A program made the position numbers and the translations under genes. From positions 544,001 through 608,000 of the forward strand of contig CAXXGI010000002.1 of NCBI GenBank assembly GCA_963674695.2: DNA of 64,000 nt, given 5' to 3'. Every line of letters begins with the position of its first letter. Positions within the stretch are counted from its first letter, which is position 1. Shown here piece by piece: positions 37,677 to 47,509 of the stretch. The notes under the pieces were generated by a model. It did no database searches. It had not been told where the DNA came from and saw only the letters and a list, made by a program, of their open reading frames with translations. The stretch comes from a bacterium. GTDB taxonomy: Bacteria > UBA10199 > 2-02-FULL-44-16 > JAAZCA01.

Positions 37677-39956
37677 TCACCATTCGTTGTGGTAAGACGC
37701 TGCCTCGACCTTCTGTTTGGTGCAGGTGCCGTTCCGGCAGCCGGTCTCGGGGGTTCCGGGCGATGCGCCCAAACGACCGAGTGTCTGAATGGAAGCGGCC
37801 TTGACCATGGTGTCGCTCGCATTTTCGGCGTTGAACCGGAGCACCTTGATGAGGTGGCTGCGGAACGCGCCGGGGGCGACGCCGACGACCCCGATGAGCG
37901 TCGTCGCCTCGCGCGTCTGCGCGGCGCTCGGGGACTGCTTCATATTGAGCAGCGGCGTGATCTGGTCGACGTATCGGGCCACGGCCTCCGGCTCGACCTT
38001 GGTGATCTCGGTGAGCGTCTGAAAGGCCGTCATGGCGACGTTGCTGAAGGGGTCCTTTGTCAGCTGGATCAGGACGGGCACGGCGCCATAGCCGACATAC
38101 CCTTTGAGCTCTTCGGCGGCTTCCTCGCGAGTGGCGTTGTCGAAATCGACCGCTTTGATTGCGAGCTCTTTAAATTCGCTGTTTTTTCGGTAGGCTTCGA
38201 TGAACAAGTCCTCTGCGGTGAGGTTGTCTTTGCCGACGACCCCGGCGATCGTCTTGAGCTGATTCTGTGTGAGCGGATGCGCTTTTCTTTCTTCTGTTCC
38301 GACAGTGACGGTGTCGAGCGCTTCGAGTGCGGCTTCGACGATCTCCTTGTCCGAGCTCGTGGCCGCTCGAATCAGGATGGGGACGGAACCGCGGTGCGCA
38401 TACTCGCCCAATTCTTTGATGGCCTTTGCGCGTTTTTCAATGTCCTCCTCGTTTTTGACCTCGTCGCACAGATGTTCAAATGCCAATTTCTCCTCGTAGA
38501 TATCTTCGAACGATTCCTCCGCGGAGAGATCGGCCTTGCCGACGACCCGGGCGATCGTCCGGAGCTGGCTCGGGCTGACGGTGACGGTGGCGCGATCGAG
38601 GGATGCGAGCGCCGCCCCGACGACGTCCTCGTTCGAATCCTTGACCAGGCGCATGAGGACCGGCGTGGCCCCCCGATCGATGCAATCGCCCAGCAGTTTG
38701 GCTGCACTCGCTCGTTTCTCGGGATCGGAGGAACGGGCATCCTGACACAGGACCGGGAAGAGGTCCTTCCGGTCGAATTCATCGGTGAAGTTGTGATCCC
38801 GGGTGACCTTGGGCAATCCGACGATGCGGGCGATCTGCGGCAGCAGGCCGTCGACGGCGCCCGTGACCGTCGTGTCTTCGTTATTCGAGAGGGCGTCGAT
38901 TTGGATCAACACGCCTCGGACGACCGTCTTGTCCGGATCCTTCAGGAGCGGGGCGACGAGATCGATCAACGTCATCGGGTGGAGAAATTCTTTGGCATAT
39001 TGAACGGCCTGCAGGCGATCTTTGGCATCGCTCGATTCGGTCATCCGCTGAATCGCCTGGGCCTGCATGCCGATCTTCTCTTCGATGAGCGCCTCCATCT
39101 CCGGCGAGATGGCCTCAGCATCTTTCTTCCGCATTTCGTCGAGCGCGCGCTTCGCGTCGAGGGCGGTCTCGATCTGATCGCAGCCGAGGATGGCCACGAG
39201 GGCAGGGACGATGTCGCCCACGTCGCTGTAGTCGGAGATATGGGTCAGTACGGTGCCCGGGTCGGTGGCGACCATTCCCTTCAAGGCTTCGAATTTCAAT
39301 TGGATGTATTTCTCTGCGCGCGTCTGCATCGCCGGCGAGATGTATTCGGGATGATCCTCCGCGATGGCCTTGAGCGCATCTTTCGCCGCCACGGCGACGC
39401 CGAAGTCCCGGTCATTCGTGAGCGCGACGAGTGTGATGATGGCGTTCGGGTGAACCGCATACTGCTTCAGATGAGAGACGGCGGCGAGACGATCCGAGCC
39501 CTGAAGGAGGGCCGCACCGGTGATGTTGGCGATTGAAGTGTTCTTTTCGGTTACCAAATCCACCAAGAGGTTGAGATCCTCAGTCGAGATCGTGGAATCA
39601 GCGGTCACATAATCTTGGTTGTTGTAGTTATAGCCGTCGCCCGTAAAAATGTGAGAGGCCCGTTCCTTGAGTGCGATATCCTCCGAAATCAGGGCGGTAA
39701 ACATTTCGCTCACCGAAAAATAATCGGCGAAGTCTCCTTGGCCGGCATATGTATCGAAGAGGGCGAGAGCTCGGTTTTGCTGATCTGTATCGGCGATCTG
39801 TTCTTGCAGATCGTCTCGCGAGATGGACGAACAAAAGGAGTTGCATGAGTTCCCCTCCCGACAACCCAGGTCTTCTCCAACCTCCTGTCCGAACAACTGT
39901 TGCTGGATGGCGCTGCACGTTTCGTATGATTTGAGTTTTACGGCTTTGTCGCTCAT
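37677..39956 (-). CDS. HEAT-repeat orphan protein with internal ~80-aa repeats
   Basis: Start reassigned to ATG 39956 (MSDKAVK, RBS GGGAGGA). Repeats such as LVKDSNEDVVGAAL and LTKDPFSNVAMTAF; no signal peptide. Confidence 0.85.
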   Translation of the reverse strand: MSDKAVKLKSYETCSAIQQQLFGQEVGEDLGCREGNSCNSFCSSISRDDLQEQIADTDQQNRALALFDTYAGQGDFADYFSVSEMFTALISEDIALKERASHIFTGDGYNYNNQDYVTADSTISTEDLNLLVDLVTEKNTSIANITGAALLQGSDRLAAVSHLKQYAVHPNAIITLVALTNDRDFGVAVAAKDALKAIAEDHPEYISPAMQTRAEKYIQLKFEALKGMVATDPGTVLTHISDYSDVGDIVPALVAILGCDQIETALDAKRALDEMRKKDAEAISPEMEALIEEKIGMQAQAIQRMTESSDAKDRLQAVQYAKEFLHPMTLIDLVAPLLKDPDKTVVRGVLIQIDALSNNEDTTVTGAVDGLLPQIARIVGLPKVTRDHNFTDEFDRKDLFPVLCQDARSSDPEKRASAAKLLGDCIDRGATPVLMRLVKDSNEDVVGAALASLDRATVTVSPSQLRTIARVVGKADLSAEESFEDIYEEKLAFEHLCDEVKNEEDIEKRAKAIKELGEYAHRGSVPILIRAATSSDKEIVEAALEALDTVTVGTEERKAHPLTQNQLKTIAGVVGKDNLTAEDLFIEAYRKNSEFKELAIKAVDFDNATREEAAEELKGYVGYGAVPVLIQLTKDPFSNVAMTAFQTLTEITKVEPEAVARYVDQITPLLNMKQSPSAAQTREATTLIGVVGVAPGAFRSHLIKVLRFNAENASDTMVKAASIQTLGRLGASPGTPETGCRNGTCTKQKVEAASYHNEW

Positions 39957-39995
39957 GTCTTCCTCCCGTGTGGTGTTTGCTGAAATGATATCTCC

Positions 39996-40022
39996 GTATC
40001 GCACTTCGCACGATTCTGTTGT
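39996..40022 (-). promoter_or_regulatory. Sigma-28-like promoter motif
   Basis: Minus strand ACAACA-N13-TGCGATAC, ~40 nt before ATG 39956. Confidence 0.55.
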
Positions 40023-40066
40023 GCGAAAACGTGTTCATCGCCCGAAAAAACGTCTGTGAAGAAATG

Positions 40067-42457
40067 TCATTCCGACATCATGTGGGCGGCGTCGATGGGA
40101 AACGGTTCCTCGATATCGCTGAGCGCATTCGGTGCCGGCGGTTCGGCAGTGGGCTCCGCATAGTCCCGTTTGAGGATCTCCGCGTCGGCGGCGAAGTGGA
40201 TGTGGGCCTGATACGGCCCGCTGTGCAGGAGCACGGCCTCCTCGCCGGTGAAGAGGTCGAGTTCGGGGAAGAGGGTGATCGCCGCGCGCGACGTGCTCAC
40301 ATCGATGTGCGGGGTGAGATCCCGATCCGAGGGGTCCAGGTTCCAGGGGGCCAGGATCTGGAGCTTGCCGAAGCGTTGGCTTGTTCGAGTGAGCCCCGAG
40401 TGGATGAGCTCGACGAGGAGGCAGGCGCCCAGGATCTGCTTCTGGTAGAGCCGGTCGAGGAGGACGTCGACGAGATAGCGCTCCTCGTCCCGGCTCGTAT
40501 GAGGCTTGGCGCCGAAGTGCGTCGTGATCAGCGTGCGCGATTCCTTGACGACGTCCTTGAAGATCTCCTTGCTGGCCAACCAATCGTCGTGAATGGTGGA
40601 GCGCGCTGCGTTCGGCAGGCGCACTTCGCGGAAGTCGATGGCCGTGCCGAAGCGGTGGTCGCTGTCCTCGTCTTCGCGATAGGCGCTGCTGATGCGGACG
40701 TAGAGCGGGCTCTTCTCCGTTGCCCCCGCGCGTTTGGCCACGCGTGCGAGCACCGGTTCGATGGCGCGGGCCAGTTCCGGCGTGACGCGGTTGGAGGTCT
40801 TCTTCGCATACTGGCGCTTGCCGTCGGAATCCGTGCTCGTCACCGTGGTCATGTTTGCGGCGATGGTGAACGTCTTCCCTTCGATGGGCACGAGCGTATC
40901 GTAGTCGACCGGCGGAATATAGGTGCGGCTGACGTGTCGACTCAGGCGCCGTCCGATGAGCGTCCGTCGACGATGCGCACGCGCGCGCGGCCAGCTCTTT
41001 TTGATCCGCCGTGCGGCCTCGGCGCCGAAGAAGGAGATGAATCGATCGTATTCCGGGGCGAAGCCATCCTGCTTGAGGCAGAACTCGAAGCCGGTCTTGC
41101 GTTGCCCGGTGACGTGCAGCCCGTAGGCCAGGAGCAAAACGTCGTTGGGGTCCTCGCTCTTCACCTCCTTGGCGAGTTTGACGAGCGCATCCCGGTCTTC
41201 AAACCGGGCGGCCAGGAGGATGAGCTCCGATTGCTTGACCTCGTCGAGTTGTTTGGGATCCGCGCTCCAGGCCTCGAGGAGCAGGTGATAGTAGAGGCGG
41301 ATGCGCGAGGTGCTGTCGTTTTCAAACTTCCATGCGCCCCCGGTGTGGGTCGGATAGATGATCCCTTCGAGTTCCACCTGGCTTTTGAGTTTCGGCTCGA
41401 TCTCGTTCGTGCGCGTCTTTTCGAAGACGATCTCGAAGTCGCCCTCCAGAGCGAGATCGCGGCCGACGATGATGTCGAGCGCCGCCGGGAGCGCGACGAT
41501 CGATTCCTCGGTCTTCCCCCGCGGGCGTTCGCGGCGCCGCACGTTGGGATCGGTGGTGGCCACTTCGAGCGTGTCGGTCGTTCCCGGAACCCCGTTCATC
41601 TCCGGCAGGAGCAACGGGCGCATCTCGCCGCCGGCGATGCTCGCGCCCGTGCCGATGCCGGCGCGGTGCAGGTAGTGGAGCCAGACGGCGGAGAAGGCGT
41701 TCTCATCCCCGTGTCCGTGCAGCAGGACGTTGAGGGCGCCATGTCCGTTCATGTACGGCGCGTGGTGTCCGCAGGAGAAGATTCCCCCGCGGGTGAAGAG
41801 AAATCCGTAGACGAGTGCGGCGCGTTCGGCCGTCGGCGAGACCCCCCACGGATGGTCGAGCATCCGGCCGATGCCTTCGAACGATTTTGAGGGGCGGCTC
41901 TGCGGCAGCTTCTTCAGCCAGGCGTCGAAGATACGGTCGAGCGACTCGAGGCGGGCACCCGCGCGGCGGGCGAGCTTCAAGGGATCGGGGGCGGGCCCCT
42001 TCGGCTTCGATGCGCGTTCGCCGTCTTCGATCTCCGGCAGGCCGTCGATCACGATGTCGGTGGCCATCGGCGTGAGCTTTGCGTGTTCGGCCATGAAGAT
42101 CTGCATGGCCAGGACGAACGAGAGGATCTCTTTTTCCTGGATGGCCTTGTTGCGCAGGGCGCGGTAGTCGGCCGCGCTCTTCACGCCGCGCAGGATGTCG
42201 TAGTAGCGCGTGACCGTGCTCGGGCCGGGTTTCTTCTCCGGCGCCTTCGGCGCGGGCGTCGGTTTCGATGCCGCGGAAGGGTGCGGCGATGTGTGCGCGC
42301 CACGTTTCGGGACGTCCGAGATGAGCGATCTGACCGCGTCGATACCCTGCTTGATGAAGGAGGAACTTTTCTCCTGCGGCGCGGGATCTTCCTCGTGCGG
42401 CGTCGCGGCGACGGCCTGTCGAAGGAGGGCGGAGAGGGTCGTGCCGGTGATGGTCAT
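40067..42457 (-). CDS. Orphan protein with a C-terminal peptidase M15-like (LAS Zn-peptidase) motif set
   Basis: ISSAYR...SDHRFGTAIDF...HIHF; Pro/Lys-rich N-terminus; start overlaps the upstream stop (ATGA). Confidence 0.72.
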   Translation of the reverse strand: MTITGTTLSALLRQAVAATPHEEDPAPQEKSSSFIKQGIDAVRSLISDVPKRGAHTSPHPSAASKPTPAPKAPEKKPGPSTVTRYYDILRGVKSAADYRALRNKAIQEKEILSFVLAMQIFMAEHAKLTPMATDIVIDGLPEIEDGERASKPKGPAPDPLKLARRAGARLESLDRIFDAWLKKLPQSRPSKSFEGIGRMLDHPWGVSPTAERAALVYGFLFTRGGIFSCGHHAPYMNGHGALNVLLHGHGDENAFSAVWLHYLHRAGIGTGASIAGGEMRPLLLPEMNGVPGTTDTLEVATTDPNVRRRERPRGKTEESIVALPAALDIIVGRDLALEGDFEIVFEKTRTNEIEPKLKSQVELEGIIYPTHTGGAWKFENDSTSRIRLYYHLLLEAWSADPKQLDEVKQSELILLAARFEDRDALVKLAKEVKSEDPNDVLLLAYGLHVTGQRKTGFEFCLKQDGFAPEYDRFISFFGAEAARRIKKSWPRARAHRRRTLIGRRLSRHVSRTYIPPVDYDTLVPIEGKTFTIAANMTTVTSTDSDGKRQYAKKTSNRVTPELARAIEPVLARVAKRAGATEKSPLYVRISSAYREDEDSDHRFGTAIDFREVRLPNAARSTIHDDWLASKEIFKDVVKESRTLITTHFGAKPHTSRDEERYLVDVLLDRLYQKQILGACLLVELIHSGLTRTSQRFGKLQILAPWNLDPSDRDLTPHIDVSTSRAAITLFPELDLFTGEEAVLLHSGPYQAHIHFAADAEILKRDYAEPTAEPPAPNALSDIEEPFPIDAAHMMSE

Positions 42458-45336
42458 TTGGCACCTCCCTTTTTGCCCACCGTCCCCTTCAGGGAGCTCG
42501 TACCGCTGCCGATCTGAACCTGTCCTTTGATGCGATGATTTTTTCCCTGATACGTGGCGCTGTCGGCGATGTGGAACGAGCCGGTGAACATGCGCCGGGT
42601 GATCGCGTAGGTCGCCCAGTAGACGAGCCCTTTTTTCGTGCGGCGCGTGCCGTAATCGCTCTGGGGAAGCGCGAGCGTCATCGCGCCCTTGCGCGCGATC
42701 TTGAGCCGTTGCGGAAACTGCGCCGACGCGTTCTGCTTTTCGAAGAGCGCGCGCTGCTCGTCATCGCCGTCGAGGTCGACGGCCAGTTCCACGCGGACAT
42801 CGTCGCCCAACGTCACGCGTTTCACGGCATTGTAGGCGCGGATGGATGTGGCCTGGGCGGGGATGATGGCGGTGCGGGCCTCGAACTGCGTCTCGTCGCC
42901 GACACCCTCGAGCTTACCCGAGAGGCTCGTGTCCGACACGAACGACGCCAGCGGCGAGAGCGACATCGGCACGGACACGGGGAACTCCATGCTCTCCTCC
43001 GGCATCGACATGGCCACCCCTTCCCCCTCCGGCGCGGTTGTCTTGGCGGCCTCATCTGCTTCCGGTTTCTTTGTCGCATCCGATGACGCCACCGCGGTTT
43101 TCGGCTTCGGTCGGGGCGGTGGCGGGTTTGGAATCATCATGGCCAGCCGGAAGGGATTCGGGTCGCCGCCGGCCAACAGAAGCCCCGAGGCCTTGACGGG
43201 CAGGTCGTAGGTGTAGCAGCCCTGATGGATCGCCATCGTGCCGTCGGAGAGGCGGTAGACGCCCTTCAAGAGGCCCATTCCCTCGATCAGGCAGATGCGC
43301 GCGTCGTCGACGAAGAGCTCCTGGCCGGGGCTGAAGTCGAGTATATCCTCTTCGCTTATCCGCGAGGCGCGTTCGACGTTCATCGTCACATCGCCGGTGC
43401 ACGGGTAGGCGTCGTAGTCCTCGTTGCGTTCGCACTGGCGCCGATAGCCGACGATGAACGGGGTCGTCTCGTCCATGAAATGGGAGAGCGCGGCGGCTTC
43501 AAAGGCGCAGTGGGCTTCGCCGTCGCCTTCGATCTGGAAGCGGACCTTGCCCTGTTCGAGGGTGAAACGGGCCTGATCGACCGTGAGCGCCAGGACGTTC
43601 TTTCCCGGGAGGGTGTAGCGCCCGTTGGAAAACCCCTGAAACGGCGGCAGGTCCCATTCATAGCGGTAGACCCCTTCGTCCTGCCCCGGGGTGACGTGCC
43701 GCTCGATGTCGCAGTCGCGCGTGACCTGGCGCTTCGGCGTGACGACCGTATCGAGCGCGTTCCAACTCAAATCGGCACCGCGGTCTTTGCCCTGCACGTA
43801 GAGCGTGGCGCCCAGGACCACCGGTTCGTCCTGTTTGTATGTCTTCTTGGTCAGACCGATGTCGTAGACGGTTACGCGGCTGGTGTCGTTGTGCACGTCG
43901 AAGTCGACGCGGAACGGGATGTCGCTCACCTCGATCTCGTGTTCGATCTCGAAGGTCATGCCCCGCTCGATGCCGTCGAAGGAGCAGTGGCCGTTCTGCG
44001 CGAGGTATTCCGGGACGGTGATGTCCATCCGATAGGTGCCCGTCGAGATCTCGCGCAACTCGTCGTGGGGATAACAGACCCGCATCGGCGTCGGCCTCTT
44101 CTCGAAGATGTCGACGGTGCAGTCGAAGCAGGCGCCGATATCGTCGATGTTGTGTGAGGTGATGTGCGGGGTGTGCTCCTCCGAGTCGGAATGGATGTAG
44201 AGGAAGAGCGAGATCAGCATGCCGGGGGAGACGGGATACTCCTTCGTGTGCCAGGGGTCTTCGTTGAAGACCGTCGAGACCTCCAGCTGGGAGGTGGGAT
44301 CGAGCGCGAGCAGCGATCCGATCGCGTTCGGCGTGATCCAGAAATCCTCGTGTCCCCAGCTGATGCCGTCGAAGACGGAGAGCCGCACGGAGATGGCGGC
44401 GGATTCCGTGTGCGGGACGAGCATCCGCGCGACCGATGCGTTTTGATCTTTCCACCGGATGCGCGAGGATCCCTCAAGGGTATGCCAGAAGAACTTGAGC
44501 GGCGTGCGCTTCTTGGGGTCCGGGTGCGCGTCGGGATCAGAGCTCTCGCGCCCGTCGAGCGTCACCCAGGTGCCGCGCAGGACCTTCTTCGGATAGACGG
44601 CCTTTGCCACCGGGGGTTGGTTTTCACGAATGTTGACGATGCCGCTGCCCAGGTGTTTGGGATCCTGGCAGGCCCAGATCAGTTCGCGAAATCGTTCGAG
44701 ATAGGCCTCGGGCGCATATGGGATCATGCTGAATGCCGTGTGGTGGACGTTATCCTCCCGCGAGGAGAGCACGGCATGCGGGTTGAAATAGCAGACCTCT
44801 TCGATGTTATCCGCGTTTTTTCCCATGTTGCGTACGAGGAAGGTGCGGGTGATCATTTCGAGCAGGGTGTCCGCCTTCGTATCGGCGGGTCCGAGCACGT
44901 TGATCTCTTCGCCGACGAGGTTGATGTCGAGCTTTCCGGCGTCTTTGAGGAGTTTGAGGCTCTCCTTCAGGATATCGTTGGTCCGGTTGGTGAGGCGCGC
45001 CCCGACCTTGTCCTGAAAGGAGATGATGCTGCGCGGTTCGAGCCCGAGTTCCCCGATCAGGAAGGAGATGGCGTGCTCGGTGCGGGCAAAATCGTCGGGT
45101 TCGCTCGCATGATCGCGGAAGATGGTCCAGCTGCGGTCGAGGATATCGCGGACGAACGCCCGTAAGGATTCGTTGTCCAGCTGTGGTCCCGAGGGCATGA
45201 AGTACTCTTCCTGCTCGGCCACGATCGCCAGCGGCATGTCGCCCGCGGACGGAGGACGTCTTTCAAGGTCCATGACCGAGATGTATCCCGGGACCTTCGG
45301 TTGGATGACGTCAGGTTTTTTTCCGCCAGCGTGCAT
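42454..45336 (-). CDS. Large orphan protein with a PKD/REJ-like Ig domain
   Basis: NQPPVAKA...VTLDGRESSDPD...LKFFW...LSVFDG; RBS AGGAG; no signal peptide. Confidence 0.78.
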   Translation of the reverse strand: MHAGGKKPDVIQPKVPGYISVMDLERRPPSAGDMPLAIVAEQEEYFMPSGPQLDNESLRAFVRDILDRSWTIFRDHASEPDDFARTEHAISFLIGELGLEPRSIISFQDKVGARLTNRTNDILKESLKLLKDAGKLDINLVGEEINVLGPADTKADTLLEMITRTFLVRNMGKNADNIEEVCYFNPHAVLSSREDNVHHTAFSMIPYAPEAYLERFRELIWACQDPKHLGSGIVNIRENQPPVAKAVYPKKVLRGTWVTLDGRESSDPDAHPDPKKRTPLKFFWHTLEGSSRIRWKDQNASVARMLVPHTESAAISVRLSVFDGISWGHEDFWITPNAIGSLLALDPTSQLEVSTVFNEDPWHTKEYPVSPGMLISLFLYIHSDSEEHTPHITSHNIDDIGACFDCTVDIFEKRPTPMRVCYPHDELREISTGTYRMDITVPEYLAQNGHCSFDGIERGMTFEIEHEIEVSDIPFRVDFDVHNDTSRVTVYDIGLTKKTYKQDEPVVLGATLYVQGKDRGADLSWNALDTVVTPKRQVTRDCDIERHVTPGQDEGVYRYEWDLPPFQGFSNGRYTLPGKNVLALTVDQARFTLEQGKVRFQIEGDGEAHCAFEAAALSHFMDETTPFIVGYRRQCERNEDYDAYPCTGDVTMNVERASRISEEDILDFSPGQELFVDDARICLIEGMGLLKGVYRLSDGTMAIHQGCYTYDLPVKASGLLLAGGDPNPFRLAMMIPNPPPPRPKPKTAVASSDATKKPEADEAAKTTAPEGEGVAMSMPEESMEFPVSVPMSLSPLASFVSDTSLSGKLEGVGDETQFEARTAIIPAQATSIRAYNAVKRVTLGDDVRVELAVDLDGDDEQRALFEKQNASAQFPQRLKIARKGAMTLALPQSDYGTRRTKKGLVYWATYAITRRMFTGSFHIADSATYQGKNHRIKGQVQIGSGTSSLKGTVGKKGGAK

Positions 45337-45363
45337 GAAATTCTCCTGTGGCTGTCTCTTTCA

Positions 45364-45390
45364 TTATCGGCAGGAGATTCGATTTGCTGT
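45364..45390 (-). promoter_or_regulatory. Sigma-28-like promoter motif
   Basis: Minus strand ACAGCA-N13-GCCGATAA (exact FliA -10 box), 27 nt before ATG 45336. Confidence 0.65.
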
Positions 45391-45480
45391 GTGGTTTCTC
45401 GGATGGCGGGGAAAAAAGAGAAGACAGCTGTCTACATCGTCCATTGAATCGGATGGGGTCGGCCGTTTTGATGTGTCCCA

Positions 45481-46083
45481 TCAACGGGAGGCGTGGTGCC
45501 AGAGATTGCCGCGCGTCTTCGGCGGCGAAAAAAGCTCGTCGGAGATGCAGGTGGTGGAGTGTTTCGATTCGTTGAAGATCACGCGATAGGTCGTTTTGTC
45601 CCGGCGATCGGTGAGCTTGAGGATGATGTCGCGACGCCGATCCCCGTCGAGGTCGGCGGTCCCCAAAAGGACCTTCTTATAGATGTTCATATCGGCCACG
45701 GCTAGCGACGCCTGTCCCCCGGGGATGCGTCCGTCGGTCTCGGGGAAGACGAGCGCGGTTTGGGCGACGAGGACGAAGTGATCGTCGGTGCGTTCGAGCT
45801 TTACGTCGATGTCAGTGAAGGGGGTACACGTCTTGTTCGGGGAGGGGACGCTGTTGACAGCGGTCGTCTCACCGAAGGGAAAGTTTTCCGGGAGCAAGTG
45901 CTCGTCGATAAGGGCCATGGGGCTGAATCGGGGAAAAATCTCCGAATAACACTGCATGCCCTGGAGGCCGAGGGGGAGCATGAGTTCCAAATAGGGGGAA
46001 CAGGTCTTTCCTTCGATGAAGGTGCATTGCACGCGCCATTGCTGGTCGCTTTGGGAAAACTGGCATCCGGCAGGGAGCGTCAT
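45481..46083 (-). CDS. Hypothetical protein with an FG-GAP-like DxDxD loop (paralogue of the upstream gene)
   Basis: TADLDGDRRRDIILK; N-terminal C...VQC....KTC; RBS GGAAGGAAG. Confidence 0.72.
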   Translation of the reverse strand: MTLPAGCQFSQSDQQWRVQCTFIEGKTCSPYLELMLPLGLQGMQCYSEIFPRFSPMALIDEHLLPENFPFGETTAVNSVPSPNKTCTPFTDIDVKLERTDDHFVLVAQTALVFPETDGRIPGGQASLAVADMNIYKKVLLGTADLDGDRRRDIILKLTDRRDKTTYRVIFNESKHSTTCISDELFSPPKTRGNLWHHASR

Positions 46084-46098
46084 GACGACTTCCTTCCG

Positions 46099-46698
46099 TC
46101 ACAGGGGAAATGCGATGGGCCGGCAGGACATCCCCACCTTCACCTCGTTGATGAAGACGCGGAAGCTCACGTCGCCGTTTTTTGCGGTTCGTTTGACGAT
46201 GATATCCTCGCGCGCGTCGTCGTCGATATCGACGACGGCGATCGCGATGGCCCCAACGGTGTCGGCGTCAAACGATGCGATTATGACCTCATCTCCATTC
46301 GCCTCCATCATTTTGTTTGGCTGGGCGAAGATGCTGATCGAAGCTGATCCTCGCGTGTCGACCGAAGATCGGGTCGAGATCAGGATGTCCTTGAAGGCAC
46401 GGCATCCTTTGTCCTGGGTGCGCTTCGCATCGGCGACGGCGCCGAAGACCCTTCCGGAATCGCTGAAGATGAGGTTCGCGAGTCTCTCGCGCTTTACGGT
46501 GGTTTCCCGAAAGTGTAGGTCCAACTGGGCGCGCATGCTCTGGCCGTTCGGACAGAGCGGCCCCTCCTTCGATGACTGATGCTGATAGAGCGTGCAGGTC
46601 TTCTCTCGCCACGGCGATTGACACTGGACGTGAAAGGTTCCCGCGGGGCGGTAGCTGGTGGTGCAGCTCCCCGGCATGATGATCGGCCTCGGTTCCAT
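46099..46698 (-). CDS. Hypothetical protein with an FG-GAP-like DxDxD loop
   Basis: Start reassigned to ATG 46698 (RBS AGGAGGT); VVDIDDDAREDIIVK; C...VQC....KTC. Confidence 0.72.
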   Translation of the reverse strand: MEPRPIIMPGSCTTSYRPAGTFHVQCQSPWREKTCTLYQHQSSKEGPLCPNGQSMRAQLDLHFRETTVKRERLANLIFSDSGRVFGAVADAKRTQDKGCRAFKDILISTRSSVDTRGSASISIFAQPNKMMEANGDEVIIASFDADTVGAIAIAVVDIDDDAREDIIVKRTAKNGDVSFRVFINEVKVGMSCRPIAFPL

Positions 46699-46729
46699 GT
46701 GACCTCCTGATGATGGCGTTCCTCTCTCT

Positions 46730-46757
46730 TCATCGCACAGAAGCGAGCATTTGTTGC
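46730..46757 (-). promoter_or_regulatory. Sigma-28-like promoter motif
   Basis: Minus strand GCAACA-N14-TGCGATGA, ~31 nt before ATG 46698. Confidence 0.5.
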
Positions 46758-47011
46758 GATGAATTGCTGAAACGGTCGGAAAAATCCGCCAGAAAGGGCG
46801 GTCATGGGGGGGCGGCGATGTCATTGCCTCGTCACTGGCCGGGTCAGCTCCGACCCTCCCTGCACGGCAAACGCCGTCTCTGCGTCGATGGCGATCTGGC
46901 ATGAAAATTGCTCTTTTCTGCTCTCGTGGGGTATTTGTCATTTGGATTTTGTCATTTAGATTTTGCGGTACTCTGTTTTGTTGCGGATGAAGCTGGATCG
47001 GGGGAGGGGTC

Positions 47012-47437
47012 ATGGGTATCGACAAGAAGGATCTGCAGCGCATCATCGACAACCATATTCCGCCGGAGGATGCCGCCTCGACGGTGCGGCTTACGCGCGG
47101 GGACGAATCCATCGCGGTGCGCCGTGGCGACGACGGCACGGTGGAGGAGGTGACCTATCAGACCGCACAGGATGGATGCGATGTTTTCATCCAGAGCGAT
47201 CAGGTCATCGTGAGCGAAGGGAACGATCTGCGCTTCTACAAGGGCGATGCCCACATGGAGCGGTTCGTCACCGATGCGAGCGGCGAAGTGAAAAGCGCCG
47301 AGATCGACGCCGATCGAAAGACCCAGGACCAGAAGATCATCGACGGCGCCCGCGTCTGTTTCCAGCAGTTTCTCACCCACCCCGATGCGCTCGACGTCCG
47401 CGTCGCCCTCGCAGACGAAGAGATCCTGGAGCCGTAG
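47012..47437 (+). CDS. Hypothetical protein
   Basis: 141-aa acidic ORF with host-like codon pattern and RBS GGAGG. Confidence 0.7.
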   Translation: MGIDKKDLQRIIDNHIPPEDAASTVRLTRGDESIAVRRGDDGTVEEVTYQTAQDGCDVFIQSDQVIVSEGNDLRFYKGDAHMERFVTDASGEVKSAEIDADRKTQDQKIIDGARVCFQQFLTHPDALDVRVALADEEILEP

Positions 47438-47509
47438 AGCATCACCACAAACCGAATTCGTCGCGGCCAGCAGAGAGTGCGAGACATCGCCCGGCACGGG
47501 GCATGCCAG

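Noticed and set aside
37629-41890. 635-aa and 623-aa plus-strand ORFs
   Set aside because: Antisense shadows of the HEAT and M15-motif genes, which have RBSs, paralogy or motifs.
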